Positions 26,627 to 36,087 of a DNA stretch of 64,000 nt are shown in pieces. The notes beneath the pieces are model-generated. The model did no database searches. It worked only from the letters and a program-made list of their open reading frames with translations, and was not told the origin of the DNA. The position numbers were made by a program, and so were the translations under genes. Where the stretch lies: assembly GCA_043822065.1 (NCBI GenBank), contig JBDRCC010000001.1, forward strand, positions 19,332 to 83,331, read 5' to 3'. The stretch comes from an archaeon (GTDB lineage Archaea; Undinarchaeota; CAZHTU01; JBDRCC01). How positions within the stretch are numbered: position 1 is the stretch's first letter; each line of letters starts with the position of its first letter.

Positions 26627-28351
26627 TTGCTAGGGATATCTGCAAGCAAGACAAAGAGAATTTTGGCCTACGCAAAGCCGCATCTAGGGCTGATGGCGCT
26701 TGTCTTCCTGGTTATGATAGTCGCCACGGCGCTCGGGCTCGTCAACCCGTACCTTATGAAGATATTAATCGACGACGTCCTCGTCGCCGGAAACCTCAGG
26801 CTCTTTGCATACGTGCTCGGCGCGTATATTGTGGTGATGGTGATTGCGATAGGGGTTACCATCGCGCTCAGCTATTATTCCACGCTCCTGACTGAGCGGA
26901 TTGCACTTGACGTGAGGAGGCAGCTGTTCAACCACATTGAGTCGATGTCCCTCGGCTTCTTCAAGGAGCGCAAGACGGGGGACATAGTGTCGCGGCTGAT
27001 GACAGACGTCTATGGGGTGCAGTCGTACATAACGACGTTCATGAACGGCATAGTGCTGAACATCATAACCCTGGTGATAATATTCGCAATAACGATGTCA
27101 ATCAACTGGCAGATTACGCTGATTTCCCTCTACATCGTGCCGTTTTATATCTGGGCTGAGAAGTACTACGGCAACCTGATGCGGAAGCAGAGGAGGAAGC
27201 TGCGGGAGCAAAGCGCAGACATGCTGGGCTTCCTTGAGGAGAACATAAACTTCGTCAAGCTGGTCAAGAGGTTCCACAGGGAGGAGTATGCCGAGGCGGA
27301 CTTCAAGAGGCGGGCGGAGAAGATGCTCAAGCTGGACGTCAAGGCGTCGCTCACGGGCGGGCTGGCTTCAAGCTTCATCGCGCTTGTGACATTCCTGCCC
27401 CTACTTGTCATCTTGGGGATTGGCGGCTACCAGGTGATAAAGGGGATGCTTACCATCGGCGGGATGATTGCGATATACACTTATATCGGCAAGCTGTTCG
27501 AGCCGATTGACAGCCTGAACTCCTCGGTCATGTCCCTCCAGGGCGCGCTTGCGTCCGTGGACCGCGTGTTTGAGTTCCTCGACAAGAAGGAAAAGATAGT
27601 GGACGCCCCTGACAGCGTGGCTGTCAAGTCCCTGAAGGGGGAGATAGAGTTCAAGAAAGTCAGCTTCAAGTTCAAGGACAAGGTCATCCTGGACAACGCA
27701 AGCTTCAGGATAAAGCCTGGCGAGCAGGCTTATCTCATCGGCGCCAGCGGGAGCGGGAAGAGCACGATTGGCGACCTGATATTCAGGTTCTACGACCCGG
27801 ACAAGGGGCAGGTGCTCATTGACGGCATGGATGTAAAAAAAATCAAGATTGGCTCCCTGCGCGAGCGGCTGGGGATTGGCTCGCAGGAGCTGATACTCTT
27901 CAATACCACGATTGCCGACAACATCCGCTTTGGCAAGACGCACGCAAAAATGGAGGAGGTAAAGGCGGCGGCGAAGACTGCGCAGGCTGCGGACTTCATC
28001 GAAAAAATGCCGGAAGGCTACGAGACAGTAGTAGGGCCTGGCGGCGGGCTTCTTTCCGGCGGGCAAAAGCAGAGGATATCCCTATCGAGGACGATTCTGC
28101 ACAACCCGGACATCTACATACTTGACGAGGTAACGACCGGGCTTGACCCGGAGTCTGAGAAAAAGATAGAAAGCGCCCTGCGGGAAGTGACCAAAGGCAA
28201 GACGACGGTGTACATAACTCACAAGCTCCGCTCTGCAAAAGGCGCGAAGAGGATTCTCTTCTTGAGGGACGGGAAAATAGTAGAGGATGGAAGCTTCGAC
28301 GCGTTGCTCAAGAAGAAAGGAGATTTTTACAAGTTCTACAAAGAAGGATAA
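26627..28351 (+). CDS. ABC exporter, fused TMD+NBD (no C39 peptidase domain)
   Basis: Six-TM N-terminal domain, GASGSGKS, LSGGQKQR, ILDE, ITH; abuts the radical SAM island. Confidence 0.92.
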   Translation: MLGISASKTKRILAYAKPHLGLMALVFLVMIVATALGLVNPYLMKILIDDVLVAGNLRLFAYVLGAYIVVMVIAIGVTIALSYYSTLLTERIALDVRRQLFNHIESMSLGFFKERKTGDIVSRLMTDVYGVQSYITTFMNGIVLNIITLVIIFAITMSINWQITLISLYIVPFYIWAEKYYGNLMRKQRRKLREQSADMLGFLEENINFVKLVKRFHREEYAEADFKRRAEKMLKLDVKASLTGGLASSFIALVTFLPLLVILGIGGYQVIKGMLTIGGMIAIYTYIGKLFEPIDSLNSSVMSLQGALASVDRVFEFLDKKEKIVDAPDSVAVKSLKGEIEFKKVSFKFKDKVILDNASFRIKPGEQAYLIGASGSGKSTIGDLIFRFYDPDKGQVLIDGMDVKKIKIGSLRERLGIGSQELILFNTTIADNIRFGKTHAKMEEVKAAAKTAQAADFIEKMPEGYETVVGPGGGLLSGGQKQRISLSRTILHNPDIYILDEVTTGLDPESEKKIESALREVTKGKTTVYITHKLRSAKGAKRILFLRDGKIVEDGSFDALLKKKGDFYKFYKEG

Positions 28352-28404
28352 GAATAAGTAGGAATGCATAATCTAAATAAAGAAACTAAAGCATATAAGC
28401 CATT

Positions 28405-30195
28405 ATGAAAATTCTGCTAATAGAGCCCAATGTACAAACATCAAATTACGTGTCCCAACGGGACTACAGGGACAATGGTGAGTTGGAGTCACCATGGGCA
28501 GGCTATCTAGCCGCAGTTATAGGTAGAAGGCATGATATAAAGTTCATAAATTGCTCGTTTCCCCCAACGGATAGTAGCGGATACTTTAGTATTAAAAGAA
28601 AGAAGAGCATTACCGATATTGAAATTTTGAACAACTTTAGAAAGTTCTCACCTTCGGTAGTCGCGTTTACATCTTATGAAAAATCATTTGAGAGAGTAGT
28701 AAAATTGGCAAAAAAGTTCAAGAGGACAAACCCAGCGTGCAAGATAGTCTTAGGTGGGCATTACCCAACGTTCACCTATACGCAATTGTTAGATGGGACG
28801 TGGTGCGATATCGTGGTTGTTGGTGAGGGATTCATTACCATAAAAGAATTAGTGTCATGTATAAACGCTGGAAAAAGCTTTGATGAAGTTAAAGGAATAG
28901 CCTATTTAGAGAATAATAGGATAGTTTATACTGGACGACGGGAGCCATTAAAAGATTTGGACGTTTTACCGTTTCCAGATAGGCAGATATACCCAAAATG
29001 CAAGGAGCTTACGGATAGCAGCATACTAATTATATCGTCGATGGGCTGCCCGTGGGGAAAATGCACATTTTGCAGTATTGGGGCGTTTTATAATGGGCGA
29101 CATTATGCAACACGATCGGCTAAAAACATTCTTGACGAGATTGAGTCAGTAGCTAGGGTAAGGGAAGTAAAATCAGTCCATTTTGTCACGGAAGGGGCAC
29201 TTTATCAGCTAAAAAGCATTATAAATGAAAAAGTAAAACGAGGGCTAAATTTTAAATTTACATTAGAGGCAAGGATTGATGAGATCCTAAGATTTAAAGA
29301 CAGTATAAGCTACGCAAAAAAAAATGGATTGGACGGGTTTCTTATAGGCATAGAAGTATTTTCCGACAGGATTTTAAAAATATTTAATAAAGGTTTGACC
29401 TGTGACAAAATAATATCTGCGCTCGACTACTTAGATGATTTGAGGATACCTAAATTGCTAGCATTTATTCCGTTTTCACCCTGGATAACCCGGGAAGAAT
29501 TTTTATACAATCTTAGAATGATGCTAAATTGCGCAGTCTGGAAAGATCCAAGACTGTATTATATCCCGTTAAACGAAATCTTTCAAGAGGTTGAGTTTTA
29601 CGCTGGAACTGAATTGCGAAAGCAGTATGGTAGGAGTTTAGATTATGAGAATGCGGACCTAAAAAAGGCGCTAGATAGGATGACTCATATACGAAGTATC
29701 AATAAACGCGTAGGGGATGCGGACACTGGCTCAGTAAGACTAAAATGGATCTCACTTGCGAGATATGTAGCTGGCAGTATTAGGGCGAAGAGTAAGTATC
29801 ATGGTAAGGGGATACCTGGGATCGGCCTAAATGCACAATACATAACAATAAACAAAGAAGACACGCCTTGCTTAATAAACAAAGATAGGACAATATATCG
29901 CCTTAATGGAAAGGAGTTGCGCGCAATGAGGGAATTAAAGCAAAAATCGCCTAATTTGTATGAAGAGATAGGGATGGTGATACTGCCCAGCAAGTCATAT
30001 TTAGTAGATGTTATGCGCAAGAGGGCCGCGCCTATAACAAAAGAACAGCTTGTTTTTGCGCAGTATTCTCTAATGGGGTTGACTGAAGGGGAGATACGCA
30101 AGCAATTCGAGTATGAAAAACTGAGGTACGCCCCGGGCAACATAAAAAGGTATTTAAATATAAAGAGAGATAGTTTGTATCGGAGGGAGGTATAA
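28405..30195 (+). CDS. B12-binding radical SAM protein with C-terminal extension
   Basis: B12-binding VLGGHYPT, DIVVVGEG, LPFPDR; cluster motif GCPWGKCTFC; GIE...KG; AT-rich. Confidence 0.9.
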   Translation: MKILLIEPNVQTSNYVSQRDYRDNGELESPWAGYLAAVIGRRHDIKFINCSFPPTDSSGYFSIKRKKSITDIEILNNFRKFSPSVVAFTSYEKSFERVVKLAKKFKRTNPACKIVLGGHYPTFTYTQLLDGTWCDIVVVGEGFITIKELVSCINAGKSFDEVKGIAYLENNRIVYTGRREPLKDLDVLPFPDRQIYPKCKELTDSSILIISSMGCPWGKCTFCSIGAFYNGRHYATRSAKNILDEIESVARVREVKSVHFVTEGALYQLKSIINEKVKRGLNFKFTLEARIDEILRFKDSISYAKKNGLDGFLIGIEVFSDRILKIFNKGLTCDKIISALDYLDDLRIPKLLAFIPFSPWITREEFLYNLRMMLNCAVWKDPRLYYIPLNEIFQEVEFYAGTELRKQYGRSLDYENADLKKALDRMTHIRSINKRVGDADTGSVRLKWISLARYVAGSIRAKSKYHGKGIPGIGLNAQYITINKEDTPCLINKDRTIYRLNGKELRAMRELKQKSPNLYEEIGMVILPSKSYLVDVMRKRAAPITKEQLVFAQYSLMGLTEGEIRKQFEYEKLRYAPGNIKRYLNIKRDSLYRREV

Positions 30196-30196
30196 A

Positions 30197-30379
30197 ATGC
30201 CAGAAATTAAAAAACTTAATCCGCCAACAGTTGACAAAATAGTGACTAACATGGGGAAAGTGAATTTAGCTCCAGAGTCAATAACGGCTATTCGTGGGGT
30301 TATAAAGGAACAGAAAGATGGCGCCGACACAAATATTGTTGACTGCAAAGGCAACCCGAACATGCTGGGTCAGAAATAG
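30197..30379 (+). CDS. Putative RiPP precursor peptide A (60 aa)
   Basis: Starts right after the radical SAM stop behind GGAGGGAGG; shares a VDKIVTNMxxVxL motif with peptide B; single Cys (DCKG). Confidence 0.65.
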   Translation: MPEIKKLNPPTVDKIVTNMGKVNLAPESITAIRGVIKEQKDGADTNIVDCKGNPNMLGQK

Positions 30380-30427
30380 TTAGGATAGTTGTAGTAACAT
30401 ACGCTTTACGCGCTACTTGGCTTTATG

Positions 30428-31798
30428 CTAGTAGCAATTTTTTATTTTTGGCAGGGTATCCTCGATTAGCACGTCATACTCGGCTATATCTATGGGTTTG
30501 GTAAGAAGTCTGCCGAGGAAATATTTCACAACGTCTTTCATTGGGGTGCATATCTCCTTAGACGGTTTGAATAATGATCCTGTGAAGCTAAGATTATTAT
30601 ACGGACAATAGCCCGCGCATATGTACTTACAAAAACAGGAAGCGCAGGCATTTATACGATGGACAGTAATATTTCGTATTAAATTAAGCTTCTTGGGATT
30701 TATGCGCACCTTGTTGCCGTTTATTGAGCCATAAACAAAAGTATTGCATACGCTATCGGTAAGATCGGATGCAACCAAACAAGAGAGTATTTTACCTCTG
30801 GGGTGAACCACAAACAAAGGGCCACTTGAGTTGCATCCATAAATGGTCAACCCAAATGGGCTCATCTGCAGACCCGACAGATAGATGCCATGTTTCTCAG
30901 CAAACTCTATGCAGCGCAATGATTCGTGCACAAACTTTTCAAGATCAGGTAGTTGCAAGGCAGATGCCCTGCCAAACTGCCGGCATGGAGCGAAAGAAAC
31001 CCGCTTTATCTTTAGGGAAACAAAATGCTTAAGAATTTCCATCATACGCCCCTCACAGTATTTTGTAAAGGTTGCAGATACCCCATAGGAAACGCCGTAT
31101 TTATTAAACATGGCTATAGTTCGTCTAACGGAGTGGTATGATTTGTTTCCAGACAGCAAAGGCCGCTGTGCATTCTGAATAGAGGGGGGACCGTCAAAAG
31201 AAAGCTGGACATGCGCGCCGATTTTTTTAAACCATTTAACCTGCGATTCATTCAATGTCCCGTTAGTGGTAGAGCTAACCCTGAGTTCAATCCCTCGTGC
31301 ATCACACTCCTTTTTTGCATAAGAGTAACAGCGTTTCATTAAATCAAACGCAAGGCTGGGTTCGCCTGCAGAAAAAAGCGATAGAAGGAAGGTTTTGTCA
31401 CTTTTTTTAATTCCGTAGTCTATTGCTGTCTTTGCTATGCTCCACGGCATGTAATAAACCGTAGTACTGCCAGTATTGGAACAACAATAAGTACAGCGCA
31501 TATTGCAATCAGTAGTCAATAGGAGAGTTACAGTAGGTATGGTAGATAACGCCGCCCTCAAGGTAGGCACGGTATCTTGGGAGTCAACGAATTTGAAAAA
31601 TCCTGTGACTAATCGGTGATTAGTATTTCTTTGCTCTACAAATTCCTTGTTTACGAGCGCAAGTATTCCCTTTTTTGGGACATAAATTATGTACTTGTTC
31701 GATTCGTAGGGAATAGTAAAGTGTTTGGATTTTGTTTTTGAAGGAACTGTCTTAGAATAACATATTTTCACGCTTTTGTATATCTTAGGCGCAGCCAT
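30428..31798 (-). CDS. Radical SAM/SPASM-domain peptide maturase
   Basis: CNMRCTYC, AGEP, TTNG, LSFDGP; SPASM C-x-...-GKILSC and CASCFCKYICAGYCP...C. Confidence 0.9.
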   Translation of the reverse strand: MAAPKIYKSVKICYSKTVPSKTKSKHFTIPYESNKYIIYVPKKGILALVNKEFVEQRNTNHRLVTGFFKFVDSQDTVPTLRAALSTIPTVTLLLTTDCNMRCTYCCSNTGSTTVYYMPWSIAKTAIDYGIKKSDKTFLLSLFSAGEPSLAFDLMKRCYSYAKKECDARGIELRVSSTTNGTLNESQVKWFKKIGAHVQLSFDGPPSIQNAQRPLLSGNKSYHSVRRTIAMFNKYGVSYGVSATFTKYCEGRMMEILKHFVSLKIKRVSFAPCRQFGRASALQLPDLEKFVHESLRCIEFAEKHGIYLSGLQMSPFGLTIYGCNSSGPLFVVHPRGKILSCLVASDLTDSVCNTFVYGSINGNKVRINPKKLNLIRNITVHRINACASCFCKYICAGYCPYNNLSFTGSLFKPSKEICTPMKDVVKYFLGRLLTKPIDIAEYDVLIEDTLPKIKNCY

Positions 31799-31871
31799 TG
31801 AAGTGTAGTACCTACCTAACTTTAAATAGTATTTGACAATATTTATATCCTATTGCCATATTATATTATTG

Positions 31872-32003
31872 ATGGTTTCAGTAGTGCACCCACTATTAAA
31901 AAAGGATGTAGAACGGATTGTTTCAAACTTGAAGAACTTGCATTTGGAGGATGCAGAGGCTAATGAGTTTATTGAACAGATAAGTGATCTATGTAGTGGC
32001 TAA
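31872..32003 (+). CDS. Putative RiPP precursor peptide B (43 aa), not in ORF track
   Basis: MVSVVHPLLKKDVERIVSNLKNLHLEDAEANEFIEQISDLCSG*; TTTATA about 25 nt upstream; motif shared with peptide A. Confidence 0.65.
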   Translation: MVSVVHPLLKKDVERIVSNLKNLHLEDAEANEFIEQISDLCSG

Positions 32004-33010
32004 GAGAGTTGATTGATAAGATACGCTATTCTTTGTCTTTGTGTTTCTGTTTTTGATTGAGCCAACTCGTGTTTCAATATCTGGATGGCAGTATCGAAGT
32101 TTTCACGAGGGGGAAATTCTATAAACAGATTTTTTTTCGTCAGCTTTTTTCCAATATACGCCTCGACGATCTTCTTTTCTGATTGTTTAGCTGGGATGGG
32201 TCTATCGCTCTGTAAAAAAGCGCGTGCAAAGGAAGTTATAAAATATTTTTTTCTGTTTGGGAGAATGTGGTCGATATCTGAAAATAAGCGATATAACGCC
32301 AACACTCTAAAACGAGGCTCAGTATTTGGCATTACGCCCTCCCAGGTACCGCCATACGTAGGTTCAAAATCAGCTATTTCCCCTTCAGTCGTTATGTTGT
32401 TTAATTCCATAGCACCATGGTATAGCCCAATATCAAACATTTTTCTTATGCTCTTGCCAAGGGTACTTGCGAGATAGTTGCAGTATTCCTTTTCAGTTTG
32501 TTTGCGGATCGCAAGATAGGCGTTTAGTATATCTGTTTCGAAGAGGAAGTCTGAGAGCCGCAACGGAGAAGCGAATGTTCTGGCAATAACTGCTAGTTTC
32601 TTCCCCTCGAAGGTACCATAATCGTAGCAACCAACTGGCCTCTGGCAAAAGACCCCTGCGTTAAATGCTATTTTAGAGAGATTATGTTCTGCTAATGCTG
32701 TGGGGAGTTCAACTCCGCCCCATGCAAACCGGTTTAGTAGCCGTATCTTTTGCCCCTCAAAACCAATCCCTTTGTATTCTATTCCAGGATACCATTGGTC
32801 CCCAGATCTCCACGGGACATAGAACCAAGCTGATCTTGATGAGTGGCTTTCAAGGCAGGTAATGTTCCCAGGGCGTACTGACAAGGCTGGAACGGGAATC
32901 TGCACATGTTCTTTAAAATAGAATTTTGTTTTTGCAGTTGAAAAATTATAACACTTGGGGTAGACCCTCCGGCTTAGTTTCCATACGTCCTCCAAAAAGT
33001 TCTTGACCAT
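32000..33010 (-). CDS. SelO/YdiU-like atypical kinase-fold protein
   Basis: YKGIG, ALAEH, ARTFASPLRLSD and YHGAMELNNITTEGEIADFEP follow the order and spacing of SelO KGxG, alphaC Glu, R-x-S-x-R and HGVMNTDN...DFGP. Confidence 0.6.
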   Translation of the reverse strand: MVKNFLEDVWKLSRRVYPKCYNFSTAKTKFYFKEHVQIPVPALSVRPGNITCLESHSSRSAWFYVPWRSGDQWYPGIEYKGIGFEGQKIRLLNRFAWGGVELPTALAEHNLSKIAFNAGVFCQRPVGCYDYGTFEGKKLAVIARTFASPLRLSDFLFETDILNAYLAIRKQTEKEYCNYLASTLGKSIRKMFDIGLYHGAMELNNITTEGEIADFEPTYGGTWEGVMPNTEPRFRVLALYRLFSDIDHILPNRKKYFITSFARAFLQSDRPIPAKQSEKKIVEAYIGKKLTKKNLFIEFPPRENFDTAIQILKHELAQSKTETQRQRIAYLINQLS

Positions 33011-33121
33011 GTCTGTGCACTTAGAAGTACCAATAGGGGATTTATATAGCTTACTTTGCAGAATACGAACACTTCATCTTGAGGCAAATGTTAAATAAAT
33101 GTAGCTATAAGAGAGTATACG

Positions 33122-34429
33122 ATGAGAATAGCTTTGATAACCCCAGTCCAGACGTTTAATAGGGCAGTTGAGATTATTCCATACCCAAGTCTTGGATTAC
33201 TATATCTCGCAGCGTATCTTGAAAAAAAAGGACATAAGGTAAGAATAATAGACCTGCCTTTTTTAATGATAAAAAACAAGGAGAATATGACTTTTTCTAG
33301 GGTTAGAGAGATTCTCAAAGAGTACAACCCAGATGTGATTGGGATAACCACACGGTGCCTGGATTATCCTTTTGATATACTGCTAGCACGGAATATAAAG
33401 AGGTTCATCAAAAAACCAATAATCTTTGGAGGTGTGCAGGCAACGCATACTGCTTACGACACGATAAAGGAGTTCAAGTGGGTAGATTTTGTTGTGAAGG
33501 GGGAGGGAGAGGTAACATTTATTGAACTCTTGACCGCCATTAAGGAAGGCAGACCATTCAATGAGGTGAGAGGTATTGTGTATAGAGAGGGCAACCGCGT
33601 AATTGAAACGAAAGACCGCCCATTCATTGAGGATATTGACTGTCTTCCTTTGCCAGCGTATCATTTGATACCAAAAGTAAAGAAGTACGGTTTAGACGCA
33701 ATCCCTCTCATAACAACACGTGGGTGCCCCTTCAACTGCGCTTTCTGTTCGGTCTCAACAATGTGGAAAAGGACATTACGATGTAGGGGTGTACGCAGCA
33801 TTATGCAGGAGATTAAACGGGAAAGAAAACGGCAGGGATTGAACCATGTTTCAATAAAGGATGACACGTTTACAGTAGATAATAGACGGCTCAAGATTTT
33901 GTGTAGAGAGTTCAAAAAAGAGGGAGTTACGTGGACTTGCTTTTCAAGGGTAGACACGATAGATGAAGATATGCTTGAGCTTATGAAGGATAGTGGGTGT
34001 AACGGTATTTTTTATGGTGTTGAGTCAGCTTCGGTAAGAATACTGAAAAAAATAAGAAAGGGTGATAAAAGATTTTTGGAGAATGCCAGAAAAAATATTA
34101 AGAAGTGCCATGAGCTAGGTTTAGAACAGATTGTGTCGTTTATAATAGGATTTCCTAGTGAAACTGAGAAAGAAATCGCTAAAACGGTTGATATGGCGGA
34201 GAAAATGAAAAAACGGGGTTGCTCTACACAAGTTCATTTCCTCAGCCCGCTCTCTGGGTCGGACATCTATAAGAGCAATAAGAACAATTTAATATTTGTA
34301 GGCCACTCGTCAGACGTATCTAGTGTCCGTGGCTTGAGTAAGAAATATGTGGATTTGATAAAGAAGTACCCACATATTTTCCCTCAATTTTATATTATTA
34401 AAAACAGTGCACTTGCGAAATGGATTTAG
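33122..34429 (+). CDS. B12-binding radical SAM protein (class B methyltransferase-like)
   Basis: PSLGLLYLAAYL, IFGGVQAT, VVKGEGE, TTRGCPFNCAFC, DDTF, GVES, FIIGFPSET. Confidence 0.92.
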   Translation: MRIALITPVQTFNRAVEIIPYPSLGLLYLAAYLEKKGHKVRIIDLPFLMIKNKENMTFSRVREILKEYNPDVIGITTRCLDYPFDILLARNIKRFIKKPIIFGGVQATHTAYDTIKEFKWVDFVVKGEGEVTFIELLTAIKEGRPFNEVRGIVYREGNRVIETKDRPFIEDIDCLPLPAYHLIPKVKKYGLDAIPLITTRGCPFNCAFCSVSTMWKRTLRCRGVRSIMQEIKRERKRQGLNHVSIKDDTFTVDNRRLKILCREFKKEGVTWTCFSRVDTIDEDMLELMKDSGCNGIFYGVESASVRILKKIRKGDKRFLENARKNIKKCHELGLEQIVSFIIGFPSETEKEIAKTVDMAEKMKKRGCSTQVHFLSPLSGSDIYKSNKNNLIFVGHSSDVSSVRGLSKKYVDLIKKYPHIFPQFYIIKNSALAKWI

Positions 34430-34443
34430 GCGTTTTACGCGAT

Positions 34444-36087
34444 TCAATTAAAAAATTTATCAAAGTTGATTAGCAGTTCTTGTGAGTCTTCATCCTTGAG
34501 CAATACTCCTTTTCCGACTGTGTTGTAGACCAAGTCGATATGCATACTGCAAGAGATGTCACCGTAAAAATTTGTATTCCGACCAAGTGCAATATGGAAT
34601 GAGTTTCTTTGCTTTTCATCGAGTAATGGGCTGCCAATTGGTCTATTGCCAAGGAAACCTATGCCAAACTCACCCATGTACGGGAAGCTATCAGTATCCC
34701 CAAAGCTCTTTGCTTGGTCAAACATTTCCGCAACCACTTTAGAATTGCGAGCTGCAGACCATTTGGCTACCTTTCCGTTTTTAAAAGTAAGATGCAGACC
34801 TTCAATTTTTTTTCCAAAGTAGAATACCTCATCGAATAGTATTTTGCCATTTGTTTTTTCTTTTAGCGGTGCGATAAAGACTTCTCCTGATGGGATATTA
34901 AGGGAATATTTGGCGCCTTCTTTCTGCTCGTCATCTATCAAAGCCCTGCGACCGTCCGTACTAAACCTCAGCTCAAGCGAACCATCTTTAGAGGACAACA
35001 AGAGATTTTTGCGATTTCCTATAAGAAGTTTAGCGTTATGCATTTTTTCGCGAGGCAGATTTAAAAAAATAGAGAGGGCGTCCTCGAGAACCCTGCAAAG
35101 GTCAGTATAATTAGAATAACTTAGTGCTGATCTGTTTGCTTTGAAATCAGAATAGCTAGGGTAATCCACTAGTATATGTGTGGCATGCCTGTGCCTTTTT
35201 TCGATAACCTCCTTAAGAGTATCAGAAAACCTTTGCGGTTTCCATTTGATTTCGTGGCCAGATGCATTATCCTCTTTCATAAAGTTTATCGTCCCGTTGA
35301 CATAAGCTGCCCGGTTGTAGTCCGACTTTCGCATCACATTGAGTATAGCATTATGCGCATCGCGGTTTAAGGCTACAAAATATTTTAGGTCCCCAGCATC
35401 ACCAGTCCCATGGCAGCCTTTCTTCCAAAGGGCATCTAAAAGAGAATACGCCATTTGTAGAATAGCTGGAACGCCAAATTCAGTACCTATACTTACCCAA
35501 GACTTTTTGGGGTAGTCATAAAAATCGTTAACTATGTAATCCGCAAGCTTTGCATGATTTGGATAAGCAAATTCCATAAGACGAGCGCGCTGTTTGGCAG
35601 TGTAGGTGTAATAAATCCGTTTCCCATTTTTTAATTTCAAGAAGCGAGTTCGAGGATATCCTGGAAAAGCAGGTTGGAATATGGTTAGTAGGTCTTGACC
35701 GGCTACATTTGTATGGTTAAGATATTGTGAAAAGTTTTTTGATTTTTCTTTGTTTAGATCATTTTCATCAAAACGCGAAAAAACTATTCTTTTATTGAAA
35801 TCGGACTTCAATTTTTCCGAAAAAATGGAGTCATAGCGCCTATCGTCAAAAATGCAGATTTTGGAAAGGGCGCCCACTTTAGCAAATTTCTCGGTCAGGG
35901 AGTACGCAAGTTCTATTTGAGCTAAAACATTTGGGTTGATTTCAAAGAGGATGTCATCCTTTTCAGATGGATCTATTCTGGTGACTATTTCCTCTTCTAG
36001 CCCCATTGGGTAACAGTACCTGCTAGTTGCTTTTGTGAGTGAGGGGCTGTAGGATATGTACGGATCCATAGAATATACTTGTACCAA
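34444..36087 (-). CDS. M29-family aminopeptidase with extended divergent N-terminus
   Basis: NIPSGEVFIAP, GEFGIG, LLDEK...HIALG, MHIDLV metal-ligand motifs; start uncertain (TTG 36087 or ATG 36069). Confidence 0.75.
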   Translation of the reverse strand: MVQVYSMDPYISYSPSLTKATSRYCYPMGLEEEIVTRIDPSEKDDILFEINPNVLAQIELAYSLTEKFAKVGALSKICIFDDRRYDSIFSEKLKSDFNKRIVFSRFDENDLNKEKSKNFSQYLNHTNVAGQDLLTIFQPAFPGYPRTRFLKLKNGKRIYYTYTAKQRARLMEFAYPNHAKLADYIVNDFYDYPKKSWVSIGTEFGVPAILQMAYSLLDALWKKGCHGTGDAGDLKYFVALNRDAHNAILNVMRKSDYNRAAYVNGTINFMKEDNASGHEIKWKPQRFSDTLKEVIEKRHRHATHILVDYPSYSDFKANRSALSYSNYTDLCRVLEDALSIFLNLPREKMHNAKLLIGNRKNLLLSSKDGSLELRFSTDGRRALIDDEQKEGAKYSLNIPSGEVFIAPLKEKTNGKILFDEVFYFGKKIEGLHLTFKNGKVAKWSAARNSKVVAEMFDQAKSFGDTDSFPYMGEFGIGFLGNRPIGSPLLDEKQRNSFHIALGRNTNFYGDISCSMHIDLVYNTVGKGVLLKDEDSQELLINFDKFFN

